DNA from: Amoebophrya sp. A120
Lineage: Eukaryota > Protista > Dinoflagellata
NCBI GenBank assembly: GCA_905178155.1
Contig: CAJINV010000002.1
Span: forward strand, 9,187,412-9,251,411
DNA length: 64,000 nt
Direction of reading: 5' to 3'
How positions within the stretch are numbered: the stretch's first letter is position 1; each line of letters begins with the position of its first letter. A program made the translations under genes and the position numbers. The notes beneath the pieces are model-generated. The model saw only the letters and a program-made list of their open reading frames with translations. It was not told the origin of the DNA and ran no database searches. Below, piece after piece: positions 51,716 through 60,916 of the stretch.

Positions 51716-54703
51716 ACACTTTTAACTTCCCTTCATTTTGATTCGATTCCATTTTACAGTATGTTGCACTTGATTTTTTACCGGCCTTCGTGTAGTCTTT
51801 CTTGAGCTTATTCATAGGAAGATTGGCCAACGAGGAGCGTATCTCACATCACAACTGCTGTCGCTATTGTGTGATGCATGCTCGGGTTTGGTAACCCGCT
51901 CCATGCGAGAAGAAAGTTGTTGTAGCAAATGCTGCATGTTTTACACTATTTCTACTTCCCAGGCCCAGTCCCACTCCCACAGGTGTTTCCCAAAGCCTTA
52001 CTTCCCAAACCAAATATATTGGCAGAGTACTTGTTTTTCTTCTCAGGCAACAATCAAAGAAATTATGAAGGATGGCCAAGCATTTCTTGTGCATGGAATG
52101 TAAGTGTAAGTGTATCCAACCAAATTGTTATTGTTGTTCTGTTTTTTTAGTTTTGCTTCCCAATCCAATGGACAGATTTCAACTAACATTCTTAATATTT
52201 CCGGCCGTTGCAAGTTTCCTATTTTGTCCACCTCCACACGCGTAACGCTGCAGGAAAATTTGGAGCGACGCGACAGCTATACACGCTTGCAGTTTCGCTT
52301 GTGATTTTTCTTGTTGTTGTACTCCAGTGCTACCGTCACACCACTGCGAGCATAGCAAGCCTGTAAAATTTCGACTCGATTCGATCCTATTCGTACTTGG
52401 CACGAAATCTGTAGAAGTCCTGCTCTATAATTTTGAACTACGAAAATACGCGACCATCGCGAGGATCTTTATATGGTGTGCCTAGGTAGCTTAACAAAGG
52501 TAAGTAGTTTGCATAGAAGCTGAGTACAGCTACAGAGGTGTCCTCCCCCAACCCCATAACGCATGATTATTGAGAGAAGAGACCCAGTAATCTAGTCCTT
52601 TCTTTATCCCGGTTTTAAAGTGAAAAGTTGCACTTGAAGCCACTCAATGCTTTGACTAAAACCCAATCACTTCGTTTGGAAGACCAAGCGAGCCCAGAGT
52701 ACGTATAGTACTTCAGCTTGTGCTTATTGGTCTGCGGATTTCAAACGGAAAAACTAAAAATCATTGTGCCGCATCCGCACCGCGACGGCATTGCATAGTG
52801 TAGTTCACATTTCCATATAAGCCACCAAAAAAAAAAGTTAAATTTTCGATGGTTCGACTGGTTTACATCTTGTTCCCACATGATTTGAATGCCGGGAATA
52901 TATTGGGATACGATACCCCGTCTGGTTTTTAGATCAAGTTATAAATTTCCATGCCTTTATTTATTACCTATCTTTCCATAAATAAGTAGCTTGAAACGCT
53001 TCCGCTACTCATGGTGTGCCTGCATCGCTAGGTGCTGCTTGTCCATGAGCAAGCGGTGCACTCAAGCAACAACAGTGCACTGTGGCAGCACCGTTCTCAA
53101 TTTTTCCAGTTTGACGCACGTTTTTTTTGGCGACATGAGAACCTATCGGCCTAGTTTGGTTCATTTGAGTCCCGAAACTAGAGAACATATATATAATTTT
53201 TTTGCATAGCCGCTTCTTGTTTTTCCTTCTCAAGTCAGTTCGAAGTCAAGCAGTTCCTTCGAGAGCAGTTTCTGGCTCACCTTGGTAGCTATTACAGTAC
53301 CGAAGAAGCTTGCGCCATATTGTTTTTCCTTCTCATTAGCCCGGTGCAAAAAAATGCAACTTCATGCTGATCCATCACTGCTCGTACCTATTTTTGTTTG
53401 CTTCGTTCTCAAGTGAAACAAATGGAGCGGATGAATTTTAATTCAATCCCTGCTTCATAGCAACAGACTCGGGATTTGGCACGATATTTAGGATGAATTT
53501 CCAAGAAGCATGCAGAGAAAAAAAAAGTGAATGCTTTGCCAAAGAGCGAAGCAATCCATATGGCATCCACTGCGGTGTGGAGTAGAAAACTCTCGAACAA
53601 AGCGGAAAAAGTTAAAGAAGATCCTGCTCCCAGTGCTGTGCATTGCATGCCGCCTCAAGGGCGGTGTGTGTGTACACGCCCGTGGAGCTACTAATTGGAT
53701 CCAAAATTTTATCTTCAACAAAAGGGTTCGAAATGAAAAATGTCAATCAGGCCGAGGCGAGATGCATGAGAAAAAATAATTAAATTTGTATAGTTAGATG
53801 AAAACCAGACTAGTATGGAAGTGACTGATAACTTAGACAGGGTTTAGGGTTCGACGTGTGCTCCCGTCTGGCGCGTGAAGTTATTACATTGGCCGGTACA
53901 AGACTATCGGTGGGCCTGCCAGGGTTGGGCTAATTTCCCTGTCCCCCCTTAAGCATGATGTCGATAAGCCCGGGGTTTGTATGAGACGTGGGCGGGGTGC
54001 AGGTTCCTCGTTAGCCGCCTCTACTAAAACTAGTACGCGTGGTCAAGTTTAGCTCATGAAGTAACTCGCCGGAGCTCTTACAGCCCCGATTCCACCCCAG
54101 TCCTTGCGTCCTTGTTTTCAGAATTCCGGTCCGATCCAACTTATTCTTATATTTTTATTTTTCGAAAGAAACGAATGCGAATCACAATCAAAATCAATCG
54201 GAATAGCACCAACACGAAGAAGAACAAGAAGCATAGGGCTTGTTTCTATGTCCGTGAAAATGTTGATGTGAATCAGAAACAAAACGTCAAGCTCCATAGT
54301 TGACAATACAGGACTCGGCCAAAAGTCTTCATTTTACAACCGGAGCCGCGGCGTTGTTCTGATGATGTGGCCCTCTAGTCTGTTTCGTTTGCCGTTCTCG
54401 TCTTGAAGATAGCTCTTCTCATGGATCATGATCCATCTGCGTTGGAAGAAAATTCCCACAGCCATGTGGAGTAAAGTATCGTGAGGGACGCCTTCTGATT
54501 CTTATGTCGAGCAATTTAGATCACCATCACTTACACTTGCGCCGAAGCGTTGCCTTTACGTACTTATGTGAATGTGGGCTGAAAACGATGAAGGTCGGTA
54601 TTTAATGCGGCTTCCCTGCTGAAGCAAGGCAAAATCTCGAAAAGCTACCCACACGACCCCTGCCACCGTCTGCAGATACCACAAGAGCTGCACCACCTCT
54701 CTG

Positions 54704-57700
54704 ATGCAGGCACCAACCTCGGGGAGCAGCCCCCGCGACGGCGAGATGCCCTTCGCGCTGGGTCAACGGGTGAGCGTGAACCGCCGACTCGGACATGTGC
54801 GCTACATTGGCACCCCGCCGTTCGCTCCCGGCATCTGGGTCGGCATTGAACTGGACGAACCCGTTGGGAAGAACGACGGCAGCGTGCAGGGCAAGAAGTA
54901 CTTCAGCTGCAAGCCGAAGCACGGCGTCTTCGTCAAAGCCGAACAGGTCAAAGCGGAGGAGTCCGCGGCCTCGGTGGCCTCGAGTTCCTCCAGCCGCGCC
55001 GCCCCCTCGAGCTCGGCAGCGCCCGTGCCCAAAAGTGCCGCGGTAGGTACTTTGAGTATTTTGTTCAGATCGAGGAGATTTTTTATGTTCCTCAGCATTT
55101 GGTTTTTTTTTTTTCTCGTGCTGTTTCGGATTTGAATTTTTTGCGCTTGCGCACGTTTCGCATGGCGGAAATGGATGTAATGTTCGCTTATTTTATGCGC
55201 TAATCACTGACACACGACACTGGCGCCGGTTTGACGTAGTACTTCATGATCAGGGCAAATAAATTTTTTCAGCCGCCACTTCCTCTTCGTCTTCTGGTAG
55301 TTCGTCCGCGTCTTCGCGCGTGCCCTCCGGCAGTCCTCGCGACCAGCAACATCCCGCAGCCGCGTCCAGTAGCAAAGCTTCTTCGAACAACAATCCACCT
55401 GCGACATCAGCGCAACAGGCACAGCCCGCGTCGGTGCAATCCGCGCGTTCCGCGGCTACCTCGTCCAGTGCGGCAGCGGAGTCGAGCAGCCAAAGTGCGG
55501 CGGGGCAGCAACACGAACAGCAGTACCAAGCATTGCGGAAGAAGTACGACGATTTGAAGCGGATCGCGCAGCAGTACAAGGCCCAGAACGAGTATGGGAG
55601 CGTCAGGATTGAAATCGTCAAAGTTGAAATACTTAGTTTGTCATGTATAAAATGCAGCCCACAGATTGCCTCTCTTGCAGAGTAGGCAAGTGAGGCAGAT
55701 TGTAAGCCTCTTGAGGGGTAGAAGCTGAGCTGCTAAAGTAGCATGACAAACGACGTCTTCCTTACCCAAACAGCGTGACAAACTGGATTTCGGTTCTACC
55801 CAAATTTGTCATGCGCCACTTGGAAGTGGGTTAGAAACTTTCATCCCATTTATGCATTACATACAAGTTATTTGAACTTTGTGTCGATTTCAATCTTGAC
55901 ACATCCAGAACGAGGAACTGAAAAAGGCCTTAAAAGATCACGCCTCCACCACCGCGGCGAACAGGACGCAGGCCCAAGCGAGCACGGAAAACGAGACGCT
56001 GGCGAAAGCGGAACTGGAAACCGCGCGGTTGGAGTTAGAGTTGAAAAGCAGCGAGATTGAGGAACTGAACTTGAAATTACAGGAGGCAGATGACGCTGCG
56101 GGAATGGTGCGGCTAAAAGGTCTTCTATATGGATTTATTAGCGTGGCGTGTTGATCAGTCTCAGTGCGTGCTTGCTCCTGCATGTGCTGCTAGGTGAGTA
56201 GTTGCATCATGTTGAACAACTATCGAGATGCAAATATGATCATTCTTATCTCAATCCTAGGTCGCGAGTCCCAGTCCACCCTTTCTGCCTACGAGGAGGC
56301 GCTGCAAGTTTTGAAAAAGGATATTGAGAGGAAATATCCCCCCTCCCCATATCGAAAAGGCATGCTTCCGAAAATTTGTGTTGCTGATTTGAGACCACAA
56401 ATCACGTCTGTCTTGCAAGAAGACAAACGCAGAGGCTTCCGCGCCATTATGGAACCGATCTGGCATGCTGTTGGGCCTAGAGGACAGCCCTTTGTGATGC
56501 TAAGTAACTAGACCCAAACGCCCCTCCCTAGGCTGCGGATCTGGCTGCGATGCCGTATTGCAAGACAGCGCGCATTTGTGTACACAAATCCTGCATCACA
56601 GATTCCCATTTGATATGGGGTGGGGGCTTTTTTCATTTTGATAAAGGAACTGGAAAAACGGGACCGGGAAGTGGAGCAGAAGGAGAGTCAGTTGAACCAC
56701 CTCACTGCCGACCTGGCCGACCACAAGCAGCTCGCCCAGCTGACGTTGAAAAATGAGGGGAACGAGGCAGATTTGCAGAACTTGCAGTCGGAGATGGTGG
56801 AGCTGCTGGAGAACCAGTTGGAGGAAAAAAACTCCGTTCTCGACCAAGTTCAGCTCGCGGTCAACGACATGCAGGTGGAACTAGAGCAAGCCTACGCGGC
56901 AAACGAGGAATACCGGGTAAAAGTGAAGGAGATGGAGCGTAACTTGAAAAAACACCTGCACGTCGTTGAAGCGGCAAAGGAGAAAGGGATGAAAATTTCG
57001 CTCGGTAAGTACATTGATTCAATCTTGTTCCCACGTGAGGACCACATTTTGCTCAAGGAAACATTCCGTCTTTGTGAAATAGTACTCTGCCACCTTTGCA
57101 GATGTAATGCATACTTACTTCGCACGAAGACGAACTTTATCAGGCGCCGATCTCCTTGCCGCGTATTCCCGTTCCTACGCAGAGCAATTGGAGATTTTCC
57201 GTGCCTGTTTGCCCGACCAGATCCAGACCCACGCTACTCCGCTGGATGTTTCGGGCTACAACCTGATCGCACAAGTCTCCGAATTTATCGCAGACTTCCT
57301 GTTCGATTCTCTTCCCGACCGGTTTGACTGCGCGCCCATCTGGTGGGTGCAGGTTGACCTGCGGAGCATCCAGCACTCCCTCGCGATTGTCTTAAAGACC
57401 CTGTTCGCAAAGTTGGACGGTGGAGATTACGGAGTTGCAGCAGCAGCAGGAGAAGCTTCGGGAATCAAAACTAGAAAATTACGGCAAGACGTTGAGCAGG
57501 ATTTGAGCTTCATCGCCAACGTTGCCTCCGACATCCAAGAGCTCGAATCCTTCTCCCACAATCTCATTTCCGCCCTAGAGCACCCGGAGGGCATCATTCC
57601 CGGGTCGCTGCAAACGCAGGCGGGCGCAATGGCGGCAAAATTTCAGAGTCTGGTAACCAAGGTGCTGGCGGGCGGGGAATCCGAAGATGAGGGGGAGGAG

Positions 57701-60018
57701 CAAGCGAGGGTTGGAAGTTCATCTGTTTCCGCCTCCTCGACGCAGCAGAACCGAGATAGAATCCTGAGTGCGCCGATGTTTCACCAGCTCTACGCCTTTG
57801 CGAGGTTGAGCAGACACATTATCAGTGAGGAGGACGACGACGATGCGGCGGTTGGCGCGCAAAAGTCTGTGGTTTTGGAGCACTTTCGCGATCTGAAATT
57901 GCTTTTGGAGGAGAAAAAGCTTGTGCCGGCCTCTACTTCATCATCCGGCGGAGATGCAGAAGTCGCCCAGGATCTACTTGTTGGGAAGAAGAAAATCAGT
58001 CAGCTGCAAGGATCCACGATTCCGGTCACAGTGTCAGGCTTCGCTGCGAGTGCGCAGGAGCGGAAAAAGCTGCAAAAGTCGCTCACTGCCTTGACGTCCT
58101 GGTTGCGTGCGTGCGAGGAAGAATCGCATCAGCTTGGAACGAGTACGACAGCACAAAAAAGCAGCATTTCGATTTTTGAGAAACTGGAAAAGACTGTAAG
58201 CGAAGCCCTGCTAGTTGTGGACCAGCTTGTGACTGGACCTGGTCCTGGAAAAATAACAGATGCAAATAGCTCAGCAACTACGACATACAATCAAAACCAA
58301 GAACCAGAGTCGCAACCCGTACTACCCCGGCAGTGGGTGAAGATCGCAACGAACAATTTGAGTATTGCGCTACAACAAATGAACAACTTGAAGCCGGACA
58401 ATAAGAAACTACGAGAAGAGTTGGAGAAGTCGACGAATGAAAACAAGAAACTCTCCGCCCAAGTAGCGGACTTGCAGGGAAAAACGAAAGAGCTAGACCA
58501 ACAGGCCGCCAAGTTTTTCGTCAGCTCCGAGATCGGAGACATCGCGAAAACGGAGGTGGTATCAAGTGTAAAAATGTCTGGGTCTGGAAGAATGCAACTT
58601 GTCATGCTGTCTTTGGATTGCAAAAAAAATCTGTATTGCGTGACCAGCAACAGGAGTCCAGTTTGTGTTACGCGGAGAGGGTATTTCTCATGCGGAATAG
58701 GCAGCAGGAAGCCCTCTAAAATCTGTGATGTGATACCGCTCGTCTTAAAAAAGGCCTTTAGAATTTATTCCCATAGATACATATTCACAAGCGCTTAAGT
58801 AGCAATGCTAAGTTTTTTCCGATTTAGTTTTCCCGTAGAAGTTTACTTTACGAGGTAGCTTAGCATATACTGGCTTTAGTAGGCCTCTGAATGGCAAAGG
58901 GACGAACTGCCCGTAGACCTCCGATGTGATGCTAGATCATGCATTACATGCGTCATGGATCATACAAAATGTGCATCACAAATGCCGGAATCTTCCAGAC
59001 CCAGACATTTTTACAGTTGATAGGTGGTGCAACTGAAAAAGCAGCAAGCGGTGATGGAAAACGTATCCTGTGTAAAAACGTCTCCACACCAGAGTTGTAA
59101 TGCAGATTTGCAAAGAGAAAGACAGGAAGACTTGTAATGCGCATCCCCATGAGAGCCATTTCCAATCGTGTTTTGGAATTTGTGATGCTGTGAACAGGAT
59201 GAGCAGCTGGATTTGTGATGCGGCTGCACTTGCTAACCTGCACTACACTGCAGAGTGCAACTTGTCACGCGTGACTCACAAAACTCCTAGGTTTGTGTTG
59301 CAAAATCCCCATCCTGACTCTGGTGTGGGTACGTTTTTACTCAGGATAAAACGACCTGCAGATTCTGGTCGAGGAATCGAAAAAACTGGAGAAGAAATGC
59401 GTGAAAGCGAACAAGGAAAAAGAGAAATACACGAAGAAAATGGAGGAAATGGAAAACCAACTGAACGACTTTAGGAACAACCAAAAATCGAGCTCCGCGA
59501 AGGAAATTAGTGCGTTGAAGCAGTTGTGTGCGAAGTACCGCCGGGACCTGTACGGGGACAGGATGCAGAGGTTTCAGTCGAACTATTTGGTTGACCTCAT
59601 CTCCTCATCTTCTTCTGCCGATGACGCTGCGGGAGAAGGCGCGGGTGGCGACTTTGTGGGCGGCGGAAGCGATGCCAGTGGTGCGCAACTGAGGACTAAT
59701 CTTCAAGATATCGGTCCTCGGCAGGACCACCTCCTCCCGAATCTTCTCCAGCTGGCGAAAACAAAGTTAGTGGATTTGGAAAGGCCTCAAGATTGGATAG
59801 CAGACACGATTTCAAAAATCGATGACACTGCGACGTCGAAGGACCACAGGGAGCGGCTCCGCGGGACTACAGAACGCGCGCCGTCTCTGACCATTTGTTA
59901 CGAAAAGCCGTTTGCCAGCTCGTCTGTTGCAGAAGATGAGAACAAGACTCAGAAACTAATAGCTACTATACCTGACATCGTGCAATTACGAACTGAATTG
60001 CTGACGTTGCGAAGATGA
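54704..60018 (+). CDS. DCTN1: CAP-Gly domain coiled-coil protein, dynactin p150(Glued)-like, 8 exons
   Basis: CAP-Gly signature GQRVSV...GHVRYIG...FAPGIWVGIELDEPVGKNDGSVQGKKYFSCKPKHGVFVK, then a Ser-rich linker, coiled coil, helical domain and second coiled coil (p150 layout). Exons 54704-55046, 55273-55592, 55915-56119, 56261-56321, 56649-57004, 57102-58559, 59028-59063, 59354-60018. The CAP-Gly domain is secure; DCTN1 orthology is inferred from architecture. Confidence 0.7.
55593..55909. mobile_element. TIR introner, family E (degenerate), 317 bp, TSD ACGAG
   Basis: Left TATGGGAGCGTCAGGATTGAAATCGTCAAAGTT, right AACTTTGTGTCGATTTCAATCTTGACACATCCAGA. ACGAG at 55588-55592 and 55910-55914. Removal gives KAQNE-ELKKALKD. 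Confidence 0.85.
56322..56643. mobile_element. TIR introner, family D, 322 bp, reverse orientation relative to the 29530 copy, TSD AAGGA
   Basis: Left TATTGAGAGGAAATATCCCCCCTCCCCATATC, right GATATGGGGTGGGGGCTTTTTTCATTTTGATA. AAGGA at 56317-56321 and 56644-56648. Removal gives VLKK-E-LEKRDRE. Confidence 0.93.
58560..59022. mobile_element. TIR introner, family A, 463 bp including a nested insertion, TSD GGTGG
   Basis: Left TATCAAGTGTAAAAATGTCTGGGTCTGGAAGA, right TCTTCCAGACCCAGACATTTTTACAGTTGATA. GGTGG at 58555-58559 and 59023-59027. Removal gives KTEV-V-QLKKQQ. Confidence 0.95.
58731..58924. mobile_element. 194-bp insertion nested in the family A introner, 7-bp TSD TGTGATG
   Basis: TGTGATG at 58724-58730 and 58925-58931. 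Subtracting 194+7 bp from 463 gives 262 bp, the length of the 37899 and 39654 copies. No TIRs. Confidence 0.8.
59064..59348. mobile_element. TIR introner, family C, 285 bp, TSD AAACG
   Basis: Left TATCCTGTGTAAAAACGTCTCCACACCAGAGT, right ACTCTGGTGTGGGTACGTTTTTACTCAGGATA. AAACG at 59059-59063 and 59349-59353. Removal gives VMEN-D-LQILVEES. Confidence 0.94.
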
Positions 60019-60916
60019 TATTCTGAACTACTTTCGTTTTCGTTTAGGAACGTCGGCGTGTAGTTGAGCCGAAGCTCGAATACTGACCGACCCAGCCTCG
60101 TTCCTGCCTCGTAAACAAGACGTGACAAAAGCTTACAGCCACTGGTGTTGCTGCGGCAGTGCGTTCGAGAAAATGTTAATGTTTCCGTGGGCGGGTTCAT
60201 TGTGTCCTCGTGCAACAAGCTCGAATGAGATTTTGCTGTAATTGTAAATTTGTACTTCATGCACGTGCAGCATTGAGCACTGAAACAATAGGTCCTGTAA
60301 GAGCAGGGCCCTTACGTCGTGAAAAGATCTCAGACTAGATTATTCGCAGCATCGTCGTGGTGACCTACTACTTCCAGCAGGGAGGCTTGCGTGACCTTCA
60401 TTTTTCGTTTCAGCAAACGCCCGACCCATTCTGGCTTTCGTCGGCGTGAGATGCGGCTCAGGATGTAGTAGTACGCCTGCGTCGTATTGATGTGGATTTT
60501 TCATCGTAAAAATCGTGATTGTCAACGTGAAAGTGCTGTCTTTTCATTCGTGTCGTCGCGACTGAAATGGCGTTTTTCGCAAGATTCATCATTTTTAAAA
60601 ACCCGACAAAAGTGACAGGTTTTTTTTTGTTCTGATAGGCTCCTGTGGCGGCTGCAGCCACATGGAAGTTGATGATGATTCTGTTTTTATTTTCGACGTC
60701 AAGCTAGGTAAGCGTAGGGTGAGTTCGCTTTCGTTTTTGTATTTGATATAGCAAGTACTTACAACCTCGCCCTCATAACACTGTCCCTTTTGACTAAAGT
60801 CTAGTATGGCCGTCCTTCTTATTGCTTAAATTCTATCCCATGTGAGCTTTTTACCAGTTTTTTGTCACGTTTGAGTTCTTCGTGCTATTCTTGCTCTTAA
60901 CGTCAATCAGAGGATC

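Noticed and set aside
53850-54110. SRP RNA or snRNA candidate
   Set aside because: No convincing SRP helix 8 motif, Sm site or snRNA consensus could be identified by eye. No tRNA or rRNA was seen anywhere in the window.
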